DNA of 64,000 nt from NCBI RefSeq assembly GCF_009914755.1, contig NC_060926.1. One strand, written 5' to 3'. The notes beneath the pieces were generated by a model. It was not told where the DNA came from. It worked only from the letters and a program-made list of their open reading frames with translations, and ran no database searches. The DNA is from the human T2T-CHM13v2.0 reference genome, Homo sapiens. The position numbers and the translations under genes are program-made. This document shows, piece by piece, positions 13,844-27,864 of the stretch (position 1 is its first letter; each line of letters begins with the position of its first letter).

Positions 13844-14569
13844 CCATCGCATGAGAAGAGGTTCTGGAAATGGCCTCATTGTGACTGAGAGGGACATGAG
13901 CTGTATTAAGGACGCATCAAGGCAGAAGCCCAACTTATATACACTGGGCCATCATGGAGGAAAGAGGAGAAAATCTCAGCTACACAGGATCTCAGGACGA
14001 ACCCTTCACTGCACTCTATTGATAGCTTCCAAGTCCTGCCCCAGCTGGGATTTATCTGAGAGGCTGAATCCAGAGCCATGTGCAAGTGGGGTTAAATCAT
14101 TGATTCAAGTTTGTGGGGGCTACAGAAGAAATGAAGCAAGAGCTGATAGAGTTGCTCCTGGTGTGGATGATCGTGATCTTGTCCCTTCCAGAAATTGTCA
14201 ACTGTGGTCTACTACTCTTCAAAGAAAATGAGTTTGTTCTCACCTGCCAAAAGAATTTACTTTTCTCCTCCCCTAACCTCCCCATTGCCAATGGAAATGG
14301 AACATCAGACTTGCTGAGAGAAGAAGCTATTTTTAAAGATCTCAGACTTGGACTTAGGCTCTAGGCAAAGGCTCTCAATTAGAGTGCATGTATTAACACT
14401 ACCTTTGAAGCTTTTTCAAACTAAATACACCACTACCTTCTCTTTATCTCCATGTTTTTTCCAGAAATTCTGATATGCCCTTTCTCTCCCTATCTTAGCC
14501 CTCCTACCCAGATCCTGGACAAAACGCAGGAATCTCCCGTTTAAGATCCTTCTTCCGCATCATTCTCGA

Positions 14570-14710
14570 TGCTTGTACTTATTTATTTAATGTTTCCTCT
14601 GCTAGAATGTAAGCAAGCCATGTTACTAATGTCTCTTGAGGGAAGGTTCTGTGTCTGAAGCAGGTAAAGCATTTAGTAAATATCTGAATGAATGAATGAA
14701 TGAATGAGTC
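14570..14710 (+). mobile_element. L2 3' end with (GAAT)n tail
   Basis: CTAGAATGTAAGC ... TAGTAAATATCTGAATGAATGAATGAATGAATGA. Confidence 0.65.
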
Positions 14711-16845
14711 AATCAAATTACTCATCTATTCATTTTAATCTAACGCAGTCATTGATCTCCCTTCCTGCTTTAACAACTACCACATATAGAGCATCCCATC
14801 TTTTTATTTACTTTTAAATTACATGATATCTTGACCATCATTCTCATTTTAAATGACTCTAGATAAGGGAGAATAAGACAGGTCTATATTTATTCCCAAA
14901 TATACTATGAAACTTGCTTTAAGATTTCTCACCTCTGCCACCTAGAATTATTGAAGGGAGAGGAATGTGGAAAGTATGTGAAGGATTCTAGTTTGCTGGA
15001 TTCCCACAGATGGAGGTTGTACTTTTAGTCCTATCACCCACTGTCATGGGCATAACTAAGTAGCTTAATTGTATTGTAGAAATTCCATTTCCTCAGAACA
15101 CAGCAGTACTAGGCAGGTGAGTGATGAACTGGATAACAGTACATTTATGTGGCAGGTTTGATCGTAGTCCCACAGTTTCTGCATTGTGATTATTTTTTAA
15201 CTATGTGAGCTCCCTGAGGCTTGTTTTTGTTCTTTTATTTTAGCTCATTTGTTATTCAGAAGCTTTCACATAACAGTTTCGCTGCTTTGATAAGATTTAG
15301 AATTACCTTTTAATAATATTGGATTTTAAGCCTAATAAATCAGTGATGAAGAACACTTATATGAATCATGGGAATAACTGATGAATGAATAATGAATGCT
15401 TTTCCACCCACTGCTGGTTGCTTTAATGATAGCTCTCATTAGGTAGGTATAATTTTGCTAAAGCTCCATGTAGATTTACCTGATCTAATAGATTTTTATG
15501 GGCAAATGTGAGGTTTTAAAGTTTCCTGGTTTTAGAGGATCGATAATGTACAAGCATTCTCCTCTCAACTGTCTTTACATTTTTTGTTGCTTGTCTATTA
15601 GAACTTTACCCCTATTTTCTTTCTACAGTCCCAGTTTTGGTGTTTATTTTCCATCCTACTGTAAAGGGATTGTAACTTCTATAAGGAGAGCAGGTTGCCT
15701 ACTTTGTCTCAACTTTCTATCTCTACTACCTAAAGCCAAGCCTAGGACAATAAAGACCCTCAATTAATACCCATTGTATTCTTAAATGATATAACTTTAT
15801 ACTCCCACTTTTAATAAGTCAAAGGTAAATCTGAATGGCAAATGTACACATTTGAAAGTGACTAAATAATGAATCTATCTTGCACCCTTACCGGACTTGA
15901 CTTCTTGGTCTCTGTAGAACTCTGAAGGCGTCATCAGTTCTGGGTGTGTTTTTCTCATGTATCATTTGCATTGTCCAAGCAGACCTGTTTTTACTTTCAT
16001 GTGTCCATATTTCTCTCCTCTTCTGCTTGAGTCCTACGAGTAAACTAGACCAGAAATATCTCTTTCTCCTCATTCTCCAAATTATTCTTTTAAATCGTTT
16101 CTATAAACTTTTAACAATTATCTAACTTGGGAAGTTTGCCCTCGATGACAAAATCATTAGGAATATGGAAGAATCTGAAGAAAGGCCAACCCCTACCAAA
16201 AAACAAAATCTAAATAGGGTACTCTTTAACTTTAGGGATATCTACTTCTCAGCCTGTTGATTTGGTTCTTTTATCAATCTTATTTTTATAAGCCCATTGG
16301 GCACAAGAGTATCATACAATATATATAAAACTGCTCCAAGTAATTTTGATACTCAATTCATGGTAAAAACAATATAGTCTCAATTGTAATGGCTTTAGGA
16401 CTGTCCATGCTAGGAAAGGTCAGAGTTAAGAGAATTATTATCGATTTCAATTTTTGAACCTTGTCTTGAGATGTATTAAACTGTATTATTGCTGTTTTAA
16501 AGTTGAATTATCTTTTAAATCAAGTAAAAATAATTAAGATTACTTGTCTAATAAATATTTTTAGGTAGCTACTCTGGCTCAAACTTCAGTGTTTTTGGGG
16601 AAAAAACCCATAAATTATCACAAAAGAAGATTAAAACTTAAAGACAATAGCAGAAACAGTGTTTTAGTACATTTATTTGACTTATATTATAATTTATTTT
16701 AATTTACATAAATCATTCATGCCAAGAACAATCTATAATCCATATGATATTGATGGATGTATCATAACACACTCTCCTCTAGAACGAACACTTGTGAAAA
16801 AGCCGTACGTTTCTGGGCTAAAAGTGTACCATTAAGAAATGTTTA

Positions 16846-17182
<337 letters not shown>

Positions 17183-18664
17183 TTATATAGTCACGCCTGT
17201 GATCTAGTGGAAACTATCTTAAGCACCAAGGTTCATTAAAGTAGATTTGGGCAACACCAAGATACTCAAGAGCAGGGAGAGTGTGGATGCTAAGAGGAGG
17301 GATTCTGGGGTTAGGAAAGGACCCTGAAAGCAACATGGATCTCATTTTGTTTCTCCCCTAACAGGAAAACAGTGTGAAACAAAGACATATTAGAAAACGA
17401 AACAGCTAATATCAATCTGCATTCCCTTATTTCTTTTTAACAAAATAAGTACAATTGTATAAATACTTTTTAAAAAGGTAAATTATGACAACAATTTAAA
17501 TTTCTACATTCCTCCTTTTAAAAATAGGGTTTATTCTCAGTAAAGATGATCTGTTTTCAATAATAACCTTTTGGAATTTCATCTCAATTCAATCTTTTGA
17601 CATAGTATGGTAGTTTTGTTTCAACTGCAGGCTTTTATATGTCACCTCTTAATACTTATCACACAGGGCAAGAGTTAAAGGCAATAAATGGACCTGTACA
17701 TGCATCATGTTTTAAAGCCCTTATCCACTTGTCTGACTTTGCTCTGACTTATCCAAAAGTGGACATGGAGCAAGCAATATTGTCTTTCATCATTATATTT
17801 AAATATAACAATTTAATTTTTACAATGTATTACTCTGCATACATCATACAGAGCTAGCTTGTTGAATTAGAGGTGAGGATGGCTCACATTGCAGAAACGT
17901 CTCAATTTTGTTCCAGTTACCAGAGTTCTTATCTAAAATAAGTAAGCCATTCTTCATATTTAATTTTAGCTGTGAAATTAATCCAAAGTATGTAGCAAAA
18001 CACATTGCTGCCTTAGTGTATACCTTTTAACAATGAAATGTCCATCCACCTCTGAGTTATGAAGATTTTTGATGAAGTTCTATAAAACACAAATTTCTGA
18101 TAAAAAACTTAAAACCAATTATGCCTTCTACTGATTTAAACATTCACAGTTTTAGGTCAAACACTCTTCGTTTTCTATATCTATACAGAAGAGTTTTGAC
18201 AGTTCTAAATTATATCTGTCATTACAAAAATCAGATTATCTCAAAGTAATCATTGCATTTAACTCAGAAACAAAACTGTCCTAACCAAATTTCCACTACA
18301 CAATGTACTGTGCTGTATTTCTAAAATACAATTATCTATTGTAGCAACAGGATATATTTATATATTGTTCCAGATGTGTACATGATATTTTGATGCTACA
18401 GCTTTGATGCAACCCTAATAAAGGGTTGTTTTTTTTTATGTTGGGGATCCTTTGAAGCCATCTTTTTACTAGGAGCAATTTGATGTGGGAGCATTTTAAT
18501 ACAACTTAAAAAGCATTATTTTCCATATTTCGTAACTAAGCGATAGGCAAAATAGGCATTTTCTCTCCATCCCTGAGGCACACTCCACTCAATGCTCCCA
18601 AAGGAAGGTGGAAATGAAGTGTTTTATGGGTGGAAGAAGAGACCAGAAGACAAAATTGTAGAAC

Positions 18665-19586
18665 ACAGAATATTATTCTCAGGCATTGAAACCTAATAGA
18701 GTTTGTCCAGTTGGAAGTGAAATTACTTAGAGCCAGGGATTCCTTTTTTCTTTCTGTCTTCCTCCCTTTGGAATGAGAATGTCTGTATCTGTTATCTTAT
18801 GCGTTCCACCATTGTGCTTTGGGAACAGATAATTTATTTTCTAATTTCACAAGTTCATAAATGGAGGAAGAATTTTGCCCCTGGATGTCGCTTACCTACA
18901 GTCTCACCTGCACCTAATTTATATGATTTAGATGACATTTGGGACTTTTGAGTTGATAATATTAGAGGATTTTTATTTTAAATTGATGCTGTGATGGGTT
19001 GAGACTTTAAGGGGTAGGTATTAAGATGGGTGAATGCATTTTGCACGTGAGATGGATATAAATCTTCGAGGGCCAGCAGGTGGTTGAATAATGGCTCTTC
19101 AGACATGTTCATGTTCTAGATCCTGAAACCTGTGGTTACTTTATAAGGCTAAAGGAACTATCAAAAGTGATCAAGTTAAGGAACTTGAGATGTAGAGATT
19201 ACCCTGGATTGTCTGGGTGGGCCTGATGCAATCACAGTGGCCTATACAAAGAGGCACAGGAGGAGTCAGAGTTAGAGTAGAAAGTGACATGATGATGGAG
19301 ATTAGAATAATATGTTTAGAAGATGGAGAAAAGAACCATAAGCCAAGGAATACAATGGCTCCTAGTAGCTGGAAAAGGCAAGGAAACTGAACCCTCCCCA
19401 GAACCTCCAGAAAGAATACAGCCCTGCTGACATCTCAATTTCAGCCCAAAGAAACCGATTTCAGACATCTGACTTCCAGAATTCTAAGATAATAAATTTG
19501 TGTTGTTTTAAGCTACTAAGTGTGGGTAACATTTCAAGCTGCTAAGTGTGGGTAACGTTTTACAGCAGCAATGAGAAATTAATACA
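18665..19586 (+). mobile_element. MLT1D-like MaLR: internal 3' part (~18665-19077) plus 3' LTR (~19078-19586)
   Basis: MLT-int text (CCTCCCTTTGGAATGAGAATG, GGACTTTTGAGTTGAT). LTR text GATTACCCTGGATT, GCTGGAAAAGGCAAGGAAAC, AATAAATTTGTGTTGTTTTAAGC; ends TAATACA. Confidence 0.88.
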
Positions 19587-20409
19587 AGGTGTCTACATGA
19601 AACTGCTTTATAATGATGAATTCTGGTAGAAAACAGATGCTTCCTTGGATATTCAAGAAGATAATTCATACTTCTTGAAAAAAAAATCAAATACAAAAAT
19701 AAAACTCTTTGTAATGGGGATGGGAGTTGGAGATGAAGTAAAGGTGAGGAATGTTTATTACATACATTGCTGGTTAATAACTAAGAGGAATTTCACAGTT
19801 TGACAATATTGTTTTGACTTTTATCCAAAAAACTACACCAATAACCATTTTCATCTTGGTTTTCCTGGATATTTTCTCACTGGTGCCCCTACCCTCACCC
19901 CTCCAGAGAATTTTAAAATAGACCTGCAGAGACTCTTCTGAAGGTTAAATGAAGTTCAAGGGCTTCAATTCTTAGTTTCCCTGCTGAGACAAAAGATACA
20001 CTAATTAATGGCTTTTAAGAAGACTTGGCTTTACTGGAAATACAACCAAATAATTCCTCTGAAGAGCTTATATCTAATTGCTATTTTGCATAATTTGATT
20101 TGAATTTCTCATGGGAAACCGTTGAATGGAAACAGAGCTGATTATGAATCCAAAAGTTTTTTCATCTTAAGTTTATCATGCTATTTAGGCAGTATGTCAT
20201 TTATAAATTTTCTTTGGCAACACACTTCCTGTTTTGCTGTCTTCTATGTGTAGGAATGCTTAGTAAATAGAGTGAGCCTTTGGGGAATAGAGGGCTTGTT
20301 TCATTAAGTAGAATAAAATCTTTACTATTTAGAACTCTCAAAAAAGTAATTTTTTTAGATTGAAACATTTTCCGAATAGAATTATTTTCTTTTAATCAAA
20401 AGTCTGCAA

Positions 20410-20455
<46 letters not shown>
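20410..20455. repeat. Compound (TA)n(TG)n microsatellite
   Basis: Direct reading. Confidence 0.97.
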
Positions 20456-20457
<2 letters not shown>

Positions 20458-21076
20458 AATTTTAAACATTTGGATGGAAAGGTTTATAATATATAAATTA
20501 TATTTATTTTTGAATTTGAAACAATATATAAAATAAAACTTAGCCTTTACCCATTGATACTGTATTAACATGAGACATCAACACAGAAGAGCCCAGTGCC
20601 TGCTGAGATGTGTAAGACCTAAGTGTACATGAAGCCCAGGACATGACCAAGAAGAGCCACAGACAAGGTGGTAGTATTTCCAAAAACTAATGCAAAAAGT
20701 ATAATACTATCCCTCACACAGTTTAGGGAAAGGAAAAACAACTTGTCCTGTTATTACCAAGCGAAGAAGGTCCTCATAAAAATGGCATGCTCTAATGCAA
20801 TGAACAAAGTTCTCAACAGCATCCTTGTGGTATTACTACAATTATTTAAGAGAAGTTTTTCAAATAAAGAGCCTTCAGACTGGCTAATGTAATAAAATTT
20901 GAATGAAACAATCTCAAGCAGAATCTGCCAAGTCTTCAAATCCAACTTCTCGTAAAAGTTTGTGAAATTGTACCCTTTGAAAGGCAGTATGGCTTTCAGA
21001 GAAAGATTTATATTTCTTATATACTCTTAGGTGAAATCTGCTTTTTGTATCATTGATGATCTCTTATTCTGCTTGA

Positions 21077-21220
21077 AATTCCTTCCTTCATTCATTCATT
21101 CTTCCCTCTCTCTCCTTCCTTTCTTCCCTCCTTTCCATTTTCCCTCCTTTGCTTCCTTTTTTCTTTCTTCCCTTCTATTCCTTTTTTTCCACCTCCTCTT
21201 CCTTTTTAAAATTTCTTTTT
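21077..21220. repeat. CT-rich low-complexity polypyrimidine tract
   Basis: About 140 nt almost entirely C/T. Confidence 0.85.
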
Positions 21221-23339
21221 AGATTCCTTTGAATCCAAAATGCTGAGCCCATTTTTCCTGAGGCAAATATGAGGAAAACTATTTTTAAATAATTCTCAAA
21301 TCTTTGAAAAAGTGAAAGGAGAATCTTCTTCCTCTCAACTCAGAAGGCACTGTATTGAAATGTTAATATAGAAAACCTCTTGGCACATTCTGTTCTCACT
21401 GGCCCTCTAGTTCTACTGACCAACCCTGAATGTAAACAGATTCTTGAACACTAGGGGAATGGAAGAGAATTAAGGGAGAGTGATCATTTTCTACTCAAAT
21501 GTTTTATATTGCATATGTAACAAACGAATTATTAAGAAATGTATTGGTGTCCTGTCTTTTCTTGACATTATAGAATAATCACCTAAAGAATGAAAAGCTT
21601 TTTCCCCTGTATACCTCTGTGTTCTCAGGTTCTGAATTTTCTTGTCCTGTGAGTAGATCGGGCTAACCCTTATTCCACCTAAGAACATCATCATCAGTTA
21701 AAGACAACAGAACTATGAACAGAATTCTGTCTCCACCATTCCCAGGCAGTGTAATTCAAGCTGCTGCCAGAACCTAAGAAAGAAGGCAAGAAGTGCCAAG
21801 ATAGGACATTTTGTTCAGCTAGGTGAATGACTTCAGCCAGCCCTGGATTTGACTTGATTGGTAGAAAAGCAAAGTAATATGACATTGCTTGCACCTCAAG
21901 TGTTGTGGAGCAATTAATCTTTGTTACCGTACAAAATAATAGCATGAAACATTTTTATATGCCCCTGAATTTTAAATCCTATTCACTGGCCTATATCTTA
22001 TTATATATAAATGCTTTATTCTTTAACTTGAACAAAGTTTTTGTTTCAGTCTCTCAGGATATAATCAAGATTAGTTCATGCTAGTACTGGAGTTAGTGGT
22101 TATGCAATTAATTGGATCAGGATCCAAGGAAAGACCAAAAAGCTTTGTTTTTCATACTGTCAGTCTAGGTCTAGTGATTACAAATTCCATTAGGTAATGA
22201 GAAACAATATTTGATTTGTTTTTGCCCCTTTCTAGTCTTTTCTCTCTCCCTTCCTTCTTCCCTTCATTGATAGTGCTATCCCTCTATCTCTACCGTTTTC
22301 TTTATTTTTATCTCTATTGCTATCTCTCTATTCTCCAACATTTTTAAAATGATAATAGCTAATAGGTCATCTTTATTGAGTGTTTAATGTGTGCCAGGTG
22401 TAAATCTTACATTCATGACTCTTACTTAGATTTAGAGGAAAGGTAAAATGAAGAACAAAGCCATTGTATGTTAAAATGTTATGAAAGACACATTTTGATA
22501 TACATTTTAAAGTGTTAACAGTTCATGAGAGGAATACCCACCAAGGATATTTATGAGAGAATCCACTGAGGTATAATAGGTCTGACTAGACTTAACTGCT
22601 CAGAGTATCATTCACTGAACCACTCATTTAATTTATCCCTCCCTTAAGCATGTCTTAGGTGCCCACTATATATCAGGAGTTGGACCAATAGTTGTAGCTA
22701 CAAAGCAAGGGAAACTTAGTTCTCATCCACCACAACCTGCCATTGTCCTATAGAGTGTCTTGCATTTCTGTGATGAAGCTCAGTCTTTAGGGATCTCGGT
22801 TCTGATGCCAGTATATTTAATGCCAAGGTGACATCTGTCAGCACAGACCTCATATGCCAAGACCTTACTGACTGAAAATAATCCACAGGGTTCACAGCAG
22901 TTTGAGCAGTTCTAGATATGGCAAACTGCCATGGCCATGTCTGTCTGGCAGAAACATTTTTACAGCCATTACAGGGCAGCTTCTCATTTAATTGAGATGC
23001 CTTGGATAGCAGTGGTGCAGGTGGCTTCATTAGGTGCGTGATAGAATGCAGTTTGCTGCAGCCTTCTGAAATCCTAGGAACATGTGAACCAACAGGAGCA
23101 GTACATACCAATAATTGAGTTAGAAGCCTCCGACTAGAAAACATCTTCAAAACATGTGTCAAGTTTCCCTTAGAATGCATGCACTGTGTTATGTTTCTTA
23201 GAGCTCAGAATAGTTGTTAATTTATAGGATGAATAGAAATGAATTGGATAAAATTTAAATTTAAATTATTCTGTAAAATATAATTACAGCCAGTGTAAGT
23301 GTAATGTAATAACACCTGTGTCACTAGAAAGTGTATTTT

Positions 23340-24051
23340 TAGCATCAAGTCCAGATGGCTTACACTCATTCTCTCTTCATTCTTTTTTCTTTTACATCCA
23401 GTGATTTAAAGTCATGACATGTTATAATTTAGCATTTATTGTATTGCTTTCAATTCTTCCCAAGTTTTTTATTTTTGTTTTTTTCTGATTCATAGAAGCA
23501 GCATATTCCTTTACCTATTCTTCACATTTTTCATTTTTTCAATTATATAGCAAATCCCCTTTGCTCCCAATGAGATCTCTCCTACACTCCTTTATCTCCT
23601 ACTTGAGTATGAATAGTTTGTTTTCTGGGCATGCTGTAAAGTTGTCATTATAAGACTTCTCTTAACTTTACTTCTGTGTTGGAGACACTATTTTCTGGGA
23701 TTTTATATTTTCTTCTGTCTTGTTTTTACCCTCATTTTGCTAGGGTATATCCTTAAGTTGCTTTCTCAGAAGGAGGAATTAAAGACTAAAAAAGTAAAAG
23801 TCTGATAGTTGCATGCCAGAATGTGTCTTTATTGTGCTCTTATTGTTGCTTAATAACTTTATGAAACATAAAATTCTAAATCTAAATTATTATCCTTTAA
23901 AACTTGAACATATCACTTCAGTATTATGTAGTATTTACTTTTGCTCATTAGAAGTCTGATTCCAGAGTGAAAGGTTCTATTACAAATGATCTGATTTTTA
24001 GTCTCTGTAAGATTTTCTCTTTCTTCTTGGAGTTATGAAATTTTACATCTA

Positions 24052-24095
<44 letters not shown>

Positions 24096-24660
24096 TGTGT
24101 GTGTGTATGTGTGTTAGAACAGGCCTTTCCTCATTCATTCTGCTCGAAGCTAGGTGAGCCATTTCAATCTAAGGACTTGTTTTCTTCAGTAATGTGCAAT
24201 TTTTTGGTCACATCTTTGATAATTTCTTCCCCTTTTATTTCCTCTGTCTTCCTTTTCCTAAAATCTTTTTAGTCAGATCTCAGATCTCCTGAATAAATTC
24301 TATTCATTTTTATATTTTGCTCATATTTTCCATCTTCTTTTGTATTTTGATATAAATTATTCCATTATGTTTTATCCATCAGCACATCTCTGTCTATTTC
24401 CTATCTGCTTTGCCAGCTGAATCTCTGTTAGACTTTTTCAATAGGGAGTACTATGGGTTCCTATACCATGCCTAGACCCTGAAGATACATTAACTTGCAG
24501 AAATTTGTTGCAGACTCATTCACTGAAGATCTCCCTCTCAATTCTGTTTTATTCACTGTTGTAGACTTAAACTTTTCCTTGTGCATCTTCACTGCCAATT
24601 CAGCGGGATTTGGAAAGGGCTGGAGGGAAAACCTGTGTGACAATTTGGCCATCTTGAACT
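23340..24660 (-). mobile_element. Ancient L1M/HAL1-like 5' portion (ORF1-region remnant)
   Basis: T-rich antisense ORF1-like text (AAAATTCTA..., AGAAGTCTGAT); L1 5'-terminal YY1 motif GCCATCTTG at 24648-24656. Confidence 0.6.
24057..24113. repeat. (TG)n microsatellite
   Basis: Direct reading; interrupted near its 3' end. Confidence 0.97.
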
Positions 24661-26404
24661 GAACAGGAGGCACATTTTTAATAGCTTAATTGGGTGAATA
24701 GCTTACTAGAAAATCTGGCTTTGTGTAGGAAATGTATCCCAAAAGACTGCATTCACAGACAGGAAACAGAAACTGCAACCTAAACTTCCACAGACAAGAA
24801 TTAAATAGGAAATTATTATACTCAGTCCAATAGCGGGATCTTCAAACAGACAGCTTCGGCTGTCTACTTTTTAGTCCCCTTTTTCTCTGCTCAGATATGT
24901 AATCAGCTTAATTGAGTAGGCAGGTCTTAATTGAGTAGGCAGATGATATAGTTAGAAATCATCATTATTTTTATCTTCTACTTTCCCCTTAATCTGCTTG
25001 GGGAGGGACTGTACATTCTTGCCTCTGGAAAAGCCTATGACAAACCAATAGTCACTTTAAATTACCAGAGAGTCTCAATTAAGTAATTAAAATAGTTTGA
25101 TCACAGATAGAATAAAAAATTCTGAATTTTATTTGAAATTAACCTTCCGTCTTTCCTTGTCCCTCTTCCTTCAGCAGGATAACCTAAATTTTCAGCTCAA
25201 TTGGAGTTTGAAGAAAGCAAGAGAATGATAGTCTTGGATTCTCTGAGTTTAGCAGATGTTTGAAACTGACTCTCTCAATGGAAACTTTTGTGAATTCTGT
25301 GTAGAGTTCCACATTGGGTCCTTCTGTCTTCAACTGCCTTGAGATAGGCAGTGTTTCTCCTTTGCCAGACTTCTCCTGAGCTCCCTACAGTGTAATATAC
25401 AGGCTCTTACACTTGGGGTCCTCTTTCCCTAGCAGGCTGCCTTCTTTAACAAGACCTTTTTCACAATGACCCTCACTAATTCACTGCATCCCCAACTACA
25501 GGAGATCCATATCAAGTTCACTGAGTTATCCCATAGAATTCTCTGTCACTTTTGTTTGGGATTAGAAGTCTCAGCTCCATTCTCTTCAAAGAAATCCTTC
25601 TTTAAAATTTCAGCAGTCATGATGATCTCTCTCAGAATCCTCTTTGGCCAGCATCAGCTATGGCCTTCAAGCCTCAGCCAAAACCGTGAAGGGAAGAGTC
25701 ACATTTTAACAGCCTGTTATGTACAGGCTAATACTTCTTAGGACACAGTATTGAGGACAAGTTTGAATTGCTTTTGGGAAATTCTGTTAACTAAGGAAGA
25801 TTATTTAGGCTTGAATGCCGTAACTGGAGTAGAAGCTCATTAAAACAAGAAATTAAATGGAAATGAATGGGTTGTTGCCAATAAATGGTTTGAGACAGTC
25901 CCTAATTTTGAAATAAAAGGTTCTGAGTGAGCACTAAGAATGGACTAGCTTTTAAGAAATTCAGATGGCATAAATTTGAGTAAGAATTGGTTGGGTCAAA
26001 TTAAATAATAACAATATTATAGATAATTTCATTAAGGGAGCTAAATGTTAAAATAACTACTAATGTTATGATAAAATAATTTTAATTTCTAAAGAGAGTT
26101 CATAAAGGACAATGTTTGATTTTGATCTTCATGAATAGTGGAAAGTCATCAACTTAAAAATAATAGCGTGTCATCAATTAAAAAAATTTAGAGTAATATT
26201 TCTAATAAAAAAAGTTTTAGTTTGTCTTATGTGGCAGAACACCATATTTTTTTAAGTCAAAATACCTATCAAATAAAGTGGAATCTGGAAACATGCATTT
26301 AAGCAAGATGATTTGTAAGCTTAGTAAATTCTGAAAAACTACTCTCTGATAGAATAGCTAAGTGAACCTCTACTCTGGTCTCAATTATGAGAAATTGGTT
26401 GCAA

Positions 26405-26635
26405 GTTAATAGCTAAATATCTACTAAGGCTTATTGTGCACTAGGTACTTTCTTAGTTATGAAGGTTTTTTAATTAAATTAGTCTTCACAAAATACCTAG
26501 GAGGTAGGTATTATTATTTTCATTTTATACATAAATAAATAAGGCATAGGGAGTTAAATAACTCTATGATAATACAACCAGTAAGCAGCAAACTTAAATC
26601 TCAAGTCATCTGGCATCAGAGCTCTGCTTTTAATA
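26405..26635 (-). mobile_element. MIR, near full length
   Basis: TCTTCACAAAATACCTAGGAGGTAGGTATTATTATTTTCATTTTATA ... TCTGGCATCAGAGCTCTGCTTTTAA. Confidence 0.8.
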
Positions 26636-26926
26636 ATTAGGCTGTTGGAAGTGACCAGACTTTTGTGAAAAAATGGAAGTTATCATGGTGTCAGATTTCT
26701 GAAGTTCCTGAGTTAGTCATGTTTCCATGGCATTAAATTTTGAAAGATGATTTGAAGAGGATAGGAATGTTTCAATAATGCAATCCTGATCGTTCAATTA
26801 AAATTCAAAACTTTTAAACAAGCATAATGCAGAATAATAGGAGGACACTCCCATCCCCACTCCCCCACCCCCGATTGCATTCACCTCTAAATAATGAGCA
26901 AGATTTGGCTAAAGAGCACCATGTTT

Positions 26927-27390
26927 GTTTATTTATTTTTATTATACTTTAAGTTCTAGGGTACATGTGCACAACGTGCAGGTTGCATAGGTAGACATGT
27001 GCCATGTTGGTTTGCTGCCCCCATCAACTCATCATTTACATTAGGCATATCTCCTAATGCTATCCCTCCCCCCTCCCCCCACCCCACTACAGGCCCCGGT
27101 GTGTGATGTTCCCCATCTTGTGTCCAAATGTTCTTATTGTTCAATTCCCACCTGTGAGTGAGAACTTGCGGTGTTTGGTTTTTTTGTCCTTGCAATAGTT
27201 TGCTGAGAATGATGATTTCCAGCTTCATCCATGTCCCTTCAAAGGACATGAACTTATCCCTTTTTATGACTTCTTAGTATCCCATGGTGTGTATGTGCCA
27301 CGTTTTCTTAATCCAGTCTATCATTGATGGGCATTTGGATTGGTTCCAAGTCTTTGCTATTGTGAATAGTGCTGCAATAAACATACGTGC
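26927..27390 (-). mobile_element. 5'-truncated L1PA (approx. L1PA5-7) 3' end
   Basis: L1PA 3'UTR plus ORF2 C-terminus (MSFEGTWMKLEIIILSKL). Perfect 14-bp TSD AGAGCACCATGTTT at 26913 and 27391; TT/AAA-type nick site. Confidence 0.96.
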
Positions 27391-27864
27391 AGAGCACCAT
27401 GTTTAAAAAAAAAAAGACTCAGAGTTTTGGTTTGTACAGATATGGTTTTGGTTGACTTAGTGTGAGGCCAAAGAGTTATCTGGTCAATATTATGATTTGC
27501 ATAATCTGATGATGGCATGAGGAGTAGTGGCAAAACACAAGGGAAGGGAAGCCCTGCTCTAATCTGCACTGATATGGCTAGACTGGAGTACTGCGCACAA
27601 TTACTGACAAACTGGGATATTCATAAAGGAGACAACTCTATACAACTCTATAGGGAAAGAACCTGAAATAAGGTTGGTGAGGAATAGTTGACTATTATCA
27701 TGGAAAGGGAAGGGAAGGAAAAGGGAGGACATGATCTTTAAAAATAGTGTAAATGTTAAGGCCTGATCTTGAAAAGGGACTAGGGTTAGGTTTTGTTTGT
27801 TTGGCTCCCAAGAAGCAAGGACAGATGCATATAAATAAAAGGTTTCAGGTCAATATAAGAAAGT

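Noticed and set aside
13611-14231. 159-aa ORF and the many LSPRLECSG-type ORFs (16936, 34190, 50119, 52257, 52932)
   Set aside because: Alu-derived translations with poly-K/F from the A tails; a classic artefact.
15097-15122. 20-nt micro-exon candidate with a perfect CAG|GTGAGT donor
   Set aside because: About two perfect donors are expected by chance in 64 kb over both strands, others occur inside repeats here, and the length is not a multiple of 3.
15886-16175. Minus-strand donor CCG|GTAAGG with a distant acceptor
   Set aside because: No recognisable peptide and no convincing matched acceptor.
22716-23180. 154-aa minus-strand ORF
   Set aside because: No domain, promoter or splice support; length is compatible with chance.
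24051-24272. (CV)n and similar low-complexity peptides (also 45895-46235 and 48414)
   Set aside because: Translations of microsatellites or low-complexity tracts.
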